A DNA stretch of 59,025 bases, filler included, from Piptocephalis cylindrospora (lineage: Eukaryota), in the NCBI GenBank assembly GCA_003614145.1. It is 4 parts of 4 records of this genome, joined end to end, with 100 filler letters (N's around TTAATTAATTAA, not from the genome) between each part and the next. Parts side by side here need not be neighbours in the genome. Positions count along the whole stretch, not along the records: positions 29,716 to 44,322 come from KZ987915.1; positions 44,423 to 59,025 come from KZ987916.1; 2 more parts are not named here. One strand, 5' to 3'. The first letter of the stretch is position 1. Each line of letters starts with the position of its first letter. Positions 36,788-51,440 of this stretch are shown here, in pieces. The translations under genes were made by a program, and so were the position numbers. A model generated the notes under the pieces. It did no database searches and was not told the origin of the DNA. It saw nothing but the letters and a program-made list of their open reading frames with translations.

Positions 36788-39467
36788 TCAGTTGGACGCT
36801 GCTTGACAGTAAATCATCTGAATAGCATCCAGCCACCCAGCCCCGGATCCTTTGATCCCACACCACACACAGCCTCGAGGAGGCTCGAGGATTCGTAGAC
36901 CTCCGCCCGTCCCTCCCATCCACGGGGTCGATCGACCATGCGTGGTTACCACCTGGAATCCATCGATCCACCAGCCGCACCGGACACGTAAAGAGGCAAT
37001 GCCCTCCCCCGGAGCAAACGTCAGCTCGTCGGCGTGCCCCCCATTGGGATTACCCACAATAACTGGGGGCATGCCCTGACCCGTCCGTGGATCCTCGAGC
37101 TCAAAGATGAGCCCATCAATGAACCGACCATTCCGGATCACGAGCTTCCGTAAACGGGGAATCGACTGTGGCGCTCCCTCTCCCACGCCAAAGTGAATCT
37201 CCCAGGGCTTGGTGCCCTTGACCTTGCCCTGACCCAACTGATCCGAGAGGAAAGCGTGAATGGGGGGACCCCCGCCACAGCTGGGAGGGATCTGGACTTG
37301 AAAGCGGGAGAAGGGTTTTTCTAGGCCGGAAAAGCGATTGATCGCCTCTCCGGCCCCGGCCACCAGGACGGCCTCGAGTTTATCCTTCCCTGGGTTCCAG
37401 GAGCCCAGATGAGGAAAGACTTCCTGTTCCAGGCTCACTGCCACCTCCTTTACCCATCCAGTGCGGGAGGCCACAGGAAGGGGGAATTCAACGTGATGTC
37501 GGTACCGGTCATTGACCCAGTACTCCAAGGATGCAATCCCACTCTTGGGACACCGGAAAAGGAGCCGGCCATCCGGGATGGGGAGGAGAGTGGCTTCTTC
37601 CGCCTCTTCTCCATCCCGCTCATCAAACTTTTCCCCGGGAAGGGCCATGGAGGGATGGACACGGAGGCGAATTGCATCCGTCCTGTGCCAATGAGCCCCG
37701 GCTTCGGCCTTCGTTGTGGGAGGGATCACCCCTTTTCCACGAGGTTCCATGGGAAGAAAGGTACGATTGTAGTTGTTGAAACCCCGGGACATGATCCCGG
37801 CTGATGTGTGCATCAGGGTAAGCATATGACCTGCCTCGTGTAGGAAGGCACCCATACCAATGTTGGCCGCCTTCCACATCTCCCCAGCCTCCCCTACATC
37901 ATTGGCCAGGTAGCGGGTATCCACAGGCGTGGCATCCATGAAGACAGTCTCCACCTCCTCCAGCCATCTGGGCCAGGAGTGGGTGCAATGGCTTCCAAAG
38001 ACTCCAAACCTTAGGTGTCCGGCTCCTCCACCTAAGGCTGCATGGCCTTCGATGAGTTGGGTGGCTGGGTTCCAATGGGAATCTAGAGTTAAACACATGA
38101 CATGGCATGGGTCCTTGAAGTCCGGATGCTCCTTGAGAATCTCATGAGCAATCCCAAATTGCGACACGCCATCTGTTTCCATGGTGTATCCATGCTCTGG
38201 TTTTTTCCATTGCTGCGCATGCTCCCTGTGTCGGATTTCTGCAGTAGTCCTACGGCTACGTAACAGATGAACTTTTGCCGTCCTTCGAGTCTACAAAGGG
38301 GAAGGTGGGTTTTAATAGGTAAGTACCTTCATCCTAATTACCATCATGATTAGCACAGACACTCTCTCCCTAACTTACTGTGTGAGTTCCAGATGACATG
38401 TCCTGCACGGAAAGGGTGTCGGGATGCTGAGGATCCACAGTTTCTTCTAAAGGAAACGTCCTTCTTCCATAGCCATGTCGGTACATCTGCTCGGCTTGGA
38501 AGGCCTGCCAAAGATATGCAGTGGCCCGATACCGTGCAATAGCTGAGTGAACATCATTTCCCCAGGGTCCTTCCTTGCCCGGGGCCACATCAAAGGTTCC
38601 AGGGCTATCACAGCCCTGGACAATGACCAGACGTAAAGGTGGGTTCTTTGGCGTATCATGCCGCACTACAGTGAGGCAGGTGGTGGCCTTGGAGGGTAAG
38701 GCCTCTAAGGTAATCTCATTCTCCCCGATTTCTAGATGGACCAAAGCTTTGAACACGCCCTCCTTCACCGGGAAATTCAGGTCAGGATAAGGAGAGGCTG
38801 AGGCATGTTTATGATGAACCACCAGTCTAGGCCCGTCTCCTTTATGGCCTGACAAGGCCGGAATAGCTCCGTGGAGGATGAGGAGCCGTTGAAAGACAAT
38901 CTCCCCGTTGAGGATGTCCGTGGGTCTGGGTGAGTCCTGAGAATTCGACATGAATGGCTCCCTAGGATGAATTGTGTCCCGAAAGCTCATCCCAACGGCC
39001 TCAACATTATCACCTAGTGCTGCTGCGGGAGAGGATACTGGAGCAGGGGGAGAGGGAACAGTCGACGTGATCGACGCCGGTGGAGGCGGGCCATATCCCC
39101 TGGGAGGAGGGGGAGGGGGAGGGGGATACTGTGTTGGCTGAGCCTGAGAAGGCGGTTGGGCCAGGGCAGGTGGCTGGGCCTGCGAAGGAGGCAAGGGCAT
39201 CTGGGTGTACTGCTGTCCTGTCGCCTGACCCGGCCTGGGTGGGGGTGGGGGTGGAGTTGGGGAGGTGGCTGAGGCCGAAGGTGTCTGATATGTTGGCGGC
39301 TGGTTCAGCCTAGGCGGTGGTGGCGGTGGAGTCTGGCCATATTGGCTCGGGTAATTATTTGGCGCCGAAGAAGAAGAGGAGCCATGACCTTCAAAGGCCT
39401 TATCAATGGATTTATTGAACTTGTCAATGGAGCTATTGACCTTTTTACGTAGTGAGCCAAAGTCCAT
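36788..39467 (-). CDS. Putative zinc metallopeptidase (YIL108W-like) with Pro-rich N-terminus and C-terminal jacalin-like lectin domain; 2 exons
   Basis: AYLWQAFQAEQMYRHGYGRRTF, GHAALGGG, GVFGSH, GAFLHEAGH (HExxH), GIMSRG; C-terminal IDGL..GGTGG..LDAIQ jacalin pattern; intron about 38293-38378. Confidence 0.88.
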
Positions 39468-40132
39468 GATGAGATGCAGAAATATTTGAAGATAGTAGAG
39501 GATATGTGAAGAGCAGATGAAGGAACAAAGTAACTAGATTCCTTTGAATGAACGGTCGTGCCGACCTTTGTACTTCTGAGAAGAGGTCTTTTAAAGGCAA
39601 GAGCCGCCGAGCAGGTGGGACAAAAGGAACCTTGGCATACGTCATGCTCGGCAGACTGTGTGGGAAATATACGAGGAAATTGGCGGAGATTTGTGCTTTT
39701 TTTTACAAGGCCCAATGGGCATTCACAGTTCATTGTTGGTTGTGTCCTGCAAGCAAATAAGTCATTAAGAATGGGTTCTCAGTATGAATAACGGATGGTA
39801 AAGCCCCTCAAGGCCTTTTAAGGCTCGTCCAAGGAAATTGAGACTCATGAACAAATTTAAACCGTACATTTTATCTATCAGCCAACCTAACGGATATAAT
39901 GAGTATTTCAGTAAATATTTGAAAGGATTATAATTAATTTGGATGCATCCGTTACAATGTAAAGTAAAAATCGGATACTTCTTTTGCCTATCCCACCAAG
40001 GGGAAAACATAACAGTTTCATCACCATCATATAGAGCAAAAGATAAATAAATCTAAACTATGTATTATCGTCAGAGAAGTGCATAAGCATGCTTTAATCC
40101 TCCTCCTATACGAACAGCACCATCGTACAGGC

Positions 40133-42483
<2,351 letters not shown>

Positions 42484-42885
42484 GAGGGGATGGAGGGAAG
42501 GATGGTATGGGGAAACACGAGATGTCCTGCCTTTGTTTGGGCTGGCACTCACATCCTAGGTTGCTAGGAAAGGGATGGCAGCAGTAGTAAACAGCGAAAT
42601 GTTTGGAAAGGGATGGCGGTCTGGTTACCTAGACTGCTTCTCTCGAAAAGGGAGTGAAAACCCAAGAAAATTTTGGCAGATTTTCAGCGGAGATACGCGG
42701 TACAGGAGAATGACGTGCATTATCATGCCATTGTTTAGCGTCACACTCTGTATCGCCATAGCCGTTTGACCAGCGGAGTAGGCATACAGGGAGGCAATAG
42801 ACGGCCATTCCTACGCTTGTTATTTACTAGTCTTTCTTATCCTTTTTTGCCTCCTTTAGCATCCGTTAGTTGCCTTACTTGCAAA

Positions 42886-44031
42886 ATGCCTATTCGAAGG
42901 AGGCGACCTGTGCGTAGAGAGCCTCTTTTGACGCGTTTAGCCAGCTTTCCACTGGACTACCTAACCTACGTTCAGGAGGATTGGTTGAGCCTTGACTGGG
43001 AGGGCATTCAACGATGGGCCAGGTAAGGGAGTGTATGGTGGCGGTGTCGTCTGTGTCAGCGATCCTGATCTCCTTCGGATCTTTAGATGGCCGGCAGCCT
43101 TGACCCTCAATGCCCTATACCTCTTTGTCAAGTACACTCGACATACCGAAGCCTGGGCCCATGGTCGACAAACTCGATCGATCTGGCAGGAAAAGGACAC
43201 GTACGAAAGGGCATTGCGGTATCCGTTGAGAGGGAAGCGGATGCGGAGATCGGCGGGCTGGGCAGTCTTGGACGATTGGTTGTGGTGGAGTGAAGTAGCC
43301 CTCCTTGGGCTTAGCCTGCTTAATGCTCTGTACCTTGCAGGTCAACGACGATCATATCATCTGCTGAGGAAGAAGGACGGGGAGATGGGGGAAACAACCT
43401 CGGACCTGGGGCCGAATTCACAACGGGTCCAAATGAATGAGATAGCCCCTGGGTGGAGCGATCGAATCTGGATGATTATGATGTAAGAATGAAATGGAAT
43501 TGACATGTCGATTCCACTGGTTACTCATAAGTACCCTTTTTCATGCGTTAGATGGCCAATCCATAGGATGTTCCCAGGAATTGGACGAGAGCGAGGTAGA
43601 GGGGTGTGGGAGATAAGGGTCTGGGACCCTCAGCCTCTCTCCCTGGATCTTTTCTGGTTAGTAGGGTCATGTTGAGAACGGTGAATCCATCAATCCTAAT
43701 TAACGCTGTCACCCTGGATGATCCATTTCGTCGCCGTATTGCACATAGCCTATTCTCCCCAGTCCAGGTGGGAATATTTTCGGTGATGGATGAAAACACC
43801 GTGTACTACCTCCTTCCCCTGGCCGTGGCACTGGCAGCACAAATGTGCCTTTTCGCTCGAGCATTCCAGCAGCAAGGACGGGATCGTCAGGTGGTGTTTG
43901 GACAGGTGCTACACGAGTACAATGAAGTGTATGTGCATCCCCGGCTTCAGTGCATCAAGTATGAGGTGTCCACCCAAACGGGGGAGGGACCCGATGGATC
44001 ATGTCAGCGCTATGTTTCATCCTATGCATAG
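42886..44031 (+). CDS. Nuclear rim protein Nur1/Mug154-like (DUF2418) membrane protein; spliced
   Basis: RRRPVRREPLLTRLASFPLDYL..W, LSLLNALYL..RRSYHL, LFSPVQV, DRQVVFGQVLHEYNEVYVHPR..VSTQT. Confidence 0.75.
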
Positions 44032-44322
44032 TCTTTCAGGGTAGGATAAGATGATCATTTGCTACCGTACTACTGGATGGAGCTCACTGAGACGTCTAAT
44101 CCTTTAATGCTTGACGAATTGCTTACTCATCTAATGATTGATAACCCACCTACTTGGACTGCCCTTTTTGGGCAAGCTGGGAGATGAAGTGGAATTCATC
44201 CGGCTGGACCGGTTGTACAGAGAGCCTTGGGCGCTTGAGGATAAACATGTCCTTTAGCTCAGGATAGTCTGTGTCCTTGAGGTGGCGCAACGAGATGAGG
44301 TTTGTAAATTTGGCGACGAAGC

Positions 44323-44422
44323 NNNNNNNNNNNNNNNNNNNNNNNNNNNNNNNNNNNNNNNNNNNNTTAATTAATTAANNNNNNNNNNNNNNNNNNNNNN
44401 NNNNNNNNNNNNNNNNNNNNNN
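44323..44422. other. Artificial contig spacer
   Basis: N44-TTAATTAATTAA-N44. Confidence 0.97.
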
Positions 44423-44963
44423 AATGGATCATGAGATCATCATCCTCTAGACCGGTCTGGAAGGGGCCATAGTCATCCGCCGCCGCCCGACTTCTTCCCC
44501 CCTCCACCAAGATCGTCGAGCCCACTAGTGCGTCCCATTACCAATTTGCCAGTACTGATAAGCAGGGACGCGGTGATGGACCTCCCATCGAGTCATTTGA
44601 TGTATTGCTCAACACTACCTCCCAAGCCATTCAGTCCCTCCTACGGTCATTGTAGCCCATGGGAGATACAACGTGATGCTTTATCTGAACTGTGAGGTAA
44701 TTTATGGACTTAATACATCCGTACTTTTTACTGTCACATTGATGATAATTAAATGCATAGGTATTGAAAGGCACACTTGAATTTAGGTAACCTTGGAATG
44801 GCGCCCTGAAGCGAATAGGATGTGTGGGAGATTGCCTAGGTCCAGAGCGACAATACGTATTGCCTATAGAAGCTTCATCCCCGACAAGAGGCGCGATCAT
44901 GCGGTCAGCTCTACTGCTCCATCCTTCCTTCTCTCTCTACTGTCCACATTATTTGTTCATTCC

Positions 44964-47900
44964 ATGCGCCAAAAGACAACCTATCCAGCCCCTCTAACCT
45001 CTTCGGCAGAGGGTTTTAGGAACGACAGGGATGAAGGGACAGGTCCAGTGGGAAGACCCCGTTCCGACACGCCCATTGCCCAGGAACGGCCCGTCCTCGA
45101 GGACCGTGGGGACTCCCCAGCCCCGCCCATCACCCCTCCTCCAGGGTCTGGGGATGAGCAGGAATCCGTGACAATTGCTCAACTTCAACACTTAGCCAAG
45201 CAATTTGCCGAAATGTCACCCATGGTAAGTTCCTATCCCCCTAAACCTAATTCATCTTATTCATCTCTGATTCACACTTTACTCACCCTTTCTGCCTCTA
45301 GAACCCGCCCAAACGCTTCAACTACGAGGACAGTGATGATCTCACTCAAGAGCTTAACGAGTTTCACAGCTATGCAGAGACCCGGCAATGGCAAGATTTT
45401 GCCACTCAATACTACCGCGCCTTTCCCGATCGACGTATGAGTCATGTATCCATGTCTTCATTTCTCCCTCGATTATCAACAACACTCACTCCTTTCTTTA
45501 TAAAAATCCATAGGATGGGAAGGCATGAATAGGGCGGGACGTCAGGAGTTCTCCAAAGCTCTCCTCACTCGTCTTCTTGATCCTGCCCAAACCAATCGTA
45601 TCATATCCGCTCGTCGACTCGTGTATATTCTACAAGGTAAGCGTATCACTTTATCAAATAAGAAAGGGATACTTTGGATGAACCTCTTGTATTTATACCA
45701 CATCCATCCCCTATGAACCAAAGGTTGCTGGGTAGAGTATCAAGATGGGAAAGAACATTTGAAATCCATTCAAAAGAACGCCGCTATTCTCCGTGAGGTT
45801 CATGCCATTCCAATCGTTACCCAGGCACTCAGGTCTGCGAGCGATCTACTCCATCAAATTCCCTCCGTGTAAGATCGCTTTCCTGATCTTTGACCGCTTG
45901 TTCCTTTCTAATCATCGAATTATCTGCTTCCTATCCATAGAACATCCGGAAATTCGGGCGCTGGCCTAGGCTCTCCCTCTGCTAACGCTGTCTATACCAG
46001 TGCGGAGAGATCATGCGCCGAGATTGAGCTCCTCATTACCTTACTCTACTTTCTCATTGAGACGGAACGTCACACTAAAGAGAGACTTGACGGAATCCGT
46101 AAGAAAAGAAGTCTATCTATCTCGATGAATCATATCCCCCTTACTATTCCTTATCTCTCTCTTGCTTAGAGGAAACCTATTTACCTTTGACCATTTTACT
46201 ATTCCAAATGGTTTCAAGGCTTATGGAAAGGAGTAAAAAGGGATTCCCAGTGAAAAAGGTAAACCGTTTGGTCTCTTTCTGTGAATAACGGGCCTACTTC
46301 GGCTGAGGTAATTGTCATCCCTCCAGCTCACCTCAATCATACTCCTATCCTTTCCAGTTACTTCTCACTTTGTGGAAAACTCTTCTTATCACTTTTGGAG
46401 GCCTAGAGGAGGTCAAGGCGCTAATGGGACATGTTCGTCATATGCATGATCTGCCTGATAGACAGGATCAATCATCTGGTTAGTCATTCTCTCCTGGCGC
46501 ACTTGCATCCTATCTCACCACTTTCTCATTCTCTTTGTGCCTATTCCCACTTTATCTTCGCATTCCTCAAAAGTTGCATCCCAGTACAAGGTACACTTGC
46601 ACGAGTACTACATCTTTCAGGAGGAGTTCCAGTCCAGATTTCCCTTTTTCGACATGGAAACCCTTCAACATCCCTACAAAGATATCCTCCGATCATTCTC
46701 TGCCCCACGTAGGGCTCCCCCAACCCCTCTGACCGCGGGTATCCCCAAGAAACCTCTATATCGCACCTCCCTGAACATCCTTCAACCCACAGGCCCGGCC
46801 ATCTTCCCTTTCCCAACTCTACCAGATATTTACCAGAAATCTCCGGGAGAAGGAATGCCAAAGGCTTTGAGGGAAGCGGTGGAGTTACATCATCAGTATA
46901 TGTACCTCAGCGTATCCTCCATTCAGGCTGAGCAGATGGGAAGGTCCATGCATGCTCATAGAATGGGTCTGGGCTCCTCTGCTCCTTCTGCCATATTTCC
47001 CCGTCCACGTCCCCGATCCTCTACGTACACTCCATTCTCCTCTAGCAAGGCCTCTACTATCCTTGGGAGTGCTGACACCGTTCAGCGTCTGTCCAACCTC
47101 GAGACCTTTTACGTGAGTGATTTTGCTTATTCTGATCGTTCTCAGAGTGAACCCTAGTTCATTTTTACTCCCCTTTCCTCTTTTCTACCGTCCCACTACA
47201 ACAGAAAGGGGTCATTCCTTACCTTCCCTCTGTCTCCCTTTTCCTTGTCAAAATCCTCATTGCGACCATGTCCGCATCCTCTGGACCCAAGGACCGGGAC
47301 AGAAGTGGGCCCTCTGGAGAGGAAAGATCTGGAGGTCGTAGAACAGTAGAAGAGGTGGATGCAGCTAGACACCGGGAGATCATGTGGAAAGCCGTTTCGG
47401 CTGTTATGCTCCTTCTACTTAAGCATCTCAAATGCCACCGTAAGCTTGCAGATAGAAAATGGAGAGGGGGTATATCACTCTTTTTCTATTAGAGAAAAGC
47501 TATTAACTTTTTATTTTTTTCCTCCCTTTTTGTAGATACCCTAGCCTCGGTGTCTTTTGGGGAAAAACTGGTCAATGCCAACGTTATCCCTTTGATCATT
47601 AAGCTCTTTACACAGCATGATGCCATTGACCTTGGTCACGCTAGGAATGAGATTACTGCCTTTACGTAAGTTGAGTATAGTAAAGGAGATTGGGTGATTT
47701 CATTGCCTCTTATCACTCCTTCATCCCCCGATAGTTTCCTCACGTATTGCACAGCAAGGCAAAAGCCTCGAGTGGCCCCGGGAACCCTTGCAAAACCGGA
47801 TGGAGGGGAGGATGATCGAGTGAGCTGGAGAAACACGTTTGCTATGGTAAACTTTCTCCGAGTTCTCCAATCTTTAACAAAACACCAGGGGGCCCGGATT

Positions 47901-48673
47901 CGACTGCTCCTACAATATAAGGCCCATGCAACCTTGAGGAAGGTTTTGGACTTTGAGGAGGCTGAGGTGCAAAGGTATGGCCTCAAGGTGTGCAAGAGCT
48001 TAGTGCCCTTTGTCAGTCGGAAGTGGAGGCACATCAACATGCATGTCATCTCCGGCATCTACATGCAATGCCCCCAGAGCCTGCGAGATGATTGGTTGAT
48101 GGGTGGGGAAATGGAAATTTTGGATGAGGAAGCTAGGGTAGGTCATTTTTTTCTTTCCAGGAGTTGGCCGCCATGAACTCAGCACTTACCCTCCTTATCC
48201 ACCATGGGTAGAGGCATGAGGAAAATTTGTTGGACTTGGTGGAATATTATAACACCCAGATCATGTGCCCTGGCCCCACTACTTCCCGTGGTGTATCGAG
48301 GCAAGAGCGGGAAACAGCGGATGAGATGGCCCATCGACTTGCCGTCTCCACTCTGGCCTACACTTCTCCTAGCGATCTAGACAAGGACAAGAAAGAGGAC
48401 ACGACTGACGTGGAGGAGGAGGAGGAGGAGGAGGAAGTGGGCGAGTTTGACCTGACTTTCATTAATGATTATGAACGATGGCTGGAGAATGAGGTGTTCT
48501 CCCTGACTGAGGATGATGTACAAGAGGAGGGAGAATCCATGCTGGCTCCAGAGATAGCCGAGGGTCTTGAGGCTCCAAACACTCCGACATCGCATTCCGG
48601 CATGTCGGACCAAGAGGAGGCGGGGGAGGCCACGGATGCTGGAGTGGGTTGGGAGTCCGAGGTCCTGCTTTAA
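44964..48673 (+). CDS. FAR11: STRIPAK subunit Far11/STRIP (N1221 and DUF3402 domains); many introns
   Basis: VTIAQL, FNYEDSDDLTQELNEFHSY, GFPVKK|LLLTLWKTLL, MPKALREA, VDAARHREIMWKAVSAVMLLLLKHLK, SWRNTF, RKWRHINMHVISGIYM..LRDDWL. Confidence 0.88.
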
Positions 48674-48783
48674 GACCCTCTCTCTCTTTCTCTCCTATTC
48701 ATATCTCCCATGCAAAACCGAATTCAATTTCTTGTACATCCGCATCTCTTGTATCCTTTCTTTCAGTCACACACACCAAACAA

Positions 48784-50817
48784 TCACGCTTTTTTCTTCC
48801 CTTTGCCTTTACCTTTCCTAGAAGAAGAGGGGGGGGAGGGCTCCGTGGCCCTCAACTCGACAGGTGCATCCAGATCAACGTGAGATAGACCGCCACGCTC
48901 CACCCGATCCCGGGTCTCCATGTAGACCATGAGGTCATGGACTTGCTCGGTTAAATCGTCAATCTGTGTAGTCTTACGGGACATCTCGGCCTTGAGCTCT
49001 TCATGATTGTGTCGAAGACCCTGATCCATCTCCCTCTCCTCCGCTAGCTCACGTTGCATGGTCCGTACTAGGGCTTCCAAGGTTCGATTTTTGCTTTGGG
49101 CTGAGATGAGCCTTTGGGCTTGAGCCTCGGCTTCCCGTTGGAGCGTTTCCACTTGGTCGGTCCATTGCCTTTCCCGGGCCCTTTGGGTCTCCTCCATCTC
49201 CTTTGCAAGCTCACTCCTTACCCTTTCCTCTTGGACCCTATTAGCATCCTCATCAGTCCATCTCCGTTCCATCTCGTCGATTCGGGACTCGTAATATTCC
49301 CGCTGCGTCTCCAGCTGAGCAGTCAGGAGAGTGGTGTATTCAAAGGCCATGGCATCAACCTTGTCTGCAGCCTCTCCGGCCTCCCGACCCTCCCACATCC
49401 CATACACGGGATCGGCGTTGGAGGCTTCCCCGAGGGATCGAAAATTCCGAGCCGTGGGCGGTAGCTCGACCAACTTTCCATCTACACGGTTTTGCAACAA
49501 CCGATGGACGTATCCATCCCCGGCGTAATCCCATACCCTTTGAGTCTCCACCTCCTGGGCGTACACGTGCCCTGACTCCTTATAGTGTTGCCATGCATGA
49601 GCTTCCCCGTACCGACCGCACCCGAGATGTCCACACACCAAGCAAATCCAGAGTGACTCTCTGGTTCCACACTCCTCACACTGGGTTTCTTGCCCCAGTG
49701 ACGATGGGTCCCCGGGCTCAGTACTACTAATGTGGTGAGGGGTCTCGAGGTGGGAGAAGCGACAGATTGGACACTTTGCACTCTCCCACCGAAGCATACA
49801 TCGACAATGAAAAGTGTGATGGCATGCAATGGTGAGGAGGCCTGTGATCGTGGCATCCATTCTTTCCAGGCACACGGGGCACAATGGTAGCTCGGTGATG
49901 ACGGAGGGTGAAACCTTTCCAGGTCTATATGAGGCCTGATCCATCTGTAGGGGATCTAAGAGCAAGGGGGCAATAAAGGGTGGTGCGGGTCGAGTAATGA
50001 TACGAGATTCTTCTCCCTCTTCATCATCTGATGCAGCAGCTGTCGTGGCCACAAGGGTGGGGGGGCCCTGAGCCTGATCTTGCGGCGAGTTTCCAGGAGA
50101 TGATAAATCCTCTTCCCCATTCTTCATTTGGCCATCCATTTTATTTGGGGCATACCGAATGGACACGGAGGAAATGGGGAGGGCATGGCAAATCTCTGGA
50201 TCCAACTCGGAAAAGGCCTGGCCATTGTGGCGATGTATAAATTCGTTGGCGGCCTCTGGCGTCGATAGGGCGCACAATGCCATATATCGATGAGGAGAGG
50301 GGTCGTGCAAGAGACGAATATGACGAATTGTATGGAGCGAGGGGCTTAGAAAGGTCAAGAGGTCAGCTGGTGTAAGCTGAACGGGAATGGCTACAAGGCA
50401 TACCAATGTACATGATACTTTATCGGGAGGAGAGGATGGATTGTTGCTAGGGGCTACTGAGGTGGGAGTGTGTCGGTATAGATGAAGAGTGCCATGGAAG
50501 AGGGGGGTGGTGCCTGTAGTAAAATCAAGATCCGAGGGCATGACCCTCTCAGCTCCATGATCATCCTTGGACATGGGGGGAAAGTCAATCCACTGGATGG
50601 ATATGGCTCCTTGCCGACCGTCTCTGCTTTGACGGTTGTGGTGAGGGAGGAACGAGGAAGGATTGTCTAGGAGCGCCCGGGTCCTCTCCTTGACTAGTGT
50701 GGGTGGGGTAGGGCTGTCGGGCAGCTGACCGAAGAGGGATGGCGGGGAAGCAGCAACTGAGGGAAAGAGGTTGGATATATCTGAAGTCACGTCAAGAACC
50801 AGTAGGTATGGTTGCAT
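48784..50817 (-). CDS. ETP1: BRAP2/Etp1 RING-H2 plus ZnF-UBP E3 ubiquitin ligase, intronless
   Basis: BRAP2 domain (HNGQAFSELDPEICH), ELPLCPVCLERMD..CHHTFHC..CPICR, LWICLVCGHLGCGRY..QRVWDYAGDGYVHRL, LLTAQLETQREYYE coiled coil; likely ATG at MQPYLL. Confidence 0.93.
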   Translation of the reverse strand: MQPYLLVLDVTSDISNLFPSVAASPPSLFGQLPDSPTPPTLVKERTRALLDNPSSFLPHHNRQSRDGRQGAISIQWIDFPPMSKDDHGAERVMPSDLDFTTGTTPLFHGTLHLYRHTPTSVAPSNNPSSPPDKVSCTLVCLVAIPVQLTPADLLTFLSPSLHTIRHIRLLHDPSPHRYMALCALSTPEAANEFIHRHNGQAFSELDPEICHALPISSVSIRYAPNKMDGQMKNGEEDLSSPGNSPQDQAQGPPTLVATTAAASDDEEGEESRIITRPAPPFIAPLLLDPLQMDQASYRPGKVSPSVITELPLCPVCLERMDATITGLLTIACHHTFHCRCMLRWESAKCPICRFSHLETPHHISSTEPGDPSSLGQETQCEECGTRESLWICLVCGHLGCGRYGEAHAWQHYKESGHVYAQEVETQRVWDYAGDGYVHRLLQNRVDGKLVELPPTARNFRSLGEASNADPVYGMWEGREAGEAADKVDAMAFEYTTLLTAQLETQREYYESRIDEMERRWTDEDANRVQEERVRSELAKEMEETQRARERQWTDQVETLQREAEAQAQRLISAQSKNRTLEALVRTMQRELAEEREMDQGLRHNHEELKAEMSRKTTQIDDLTEQVHDLMVYMETRDRVERGGLSHVDLDAPVELRATEPSPPSSSRKGKGKGKKKA

Positions 50818-50852
50818 GAGAAGGATCCGGGATGGGATGGAAGGGGTGGGAT

Positions 50853-50965
50853 GGAAGGGAAGGGAAGGGAAGGGAAGGGAAGGGAAGGGAAGGGAAGGGA
50901 AGGGAAGGGAAGGGAAGGGAAGGGAAGGAAAGGAAAGGAAAGGAAAGGAAAGGGAAGGGAAGGAG
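50853..50965 (+). repeat. Pure-purine pentanucleotide microsatellite (AAGGG)n(AAAGG)n
   Basis: About 113 nt of uninterrupted A/G, flanked by (GGGAT)n. Confidence 0.95.
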
Positions 50966-51440
50966 TGGATGAGACAGAGCGGATGGGATGGGATGGGATG
51001 GAATGCGTAGGTCAGAATGGATAGGATGAAATGGTTGGGCGTGTAGGGGGACGGCCCAACAAAGCTGTCAAGTCGCGAGGGAGGACTGGAGAAAAGATCT
51101 TTACATAGGAAGCATAGGGCGAAGGTTGAAGGAATGATGTGGACGCGTCTACCCCACATTTGCCCGCTTACATTGGGAAACAACCTTCCCATCACTGTAA
51201 CGTCTCGCGCTCACACAAATTCTCTAGAGGAAGTGGGACAGACAACACACACGGAGAAAGTACACCACCAACGAAGATGTCATGGGGTTTGTATGTGCGA
51301 AAATGAGATGATAGGATTTCAGCGCACCTTTCTCTCTATATATAAGAGAGACGCGTGGTCTTCTACTCGTACGCCCCTTGGTCAAGCATCCTCCCCTTCT
51401 TGCAGCCATCTTACCTCTCATTGCTTTCACCAAAGCCAGC

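Noticed and set aside
50818..51195. N-terminal extension of the 803 aa ORF (FPSLP repeats)
   Set aside because: Translation of the (CCCTT)n microsatellite; the likely start is MQPYLL at 50817
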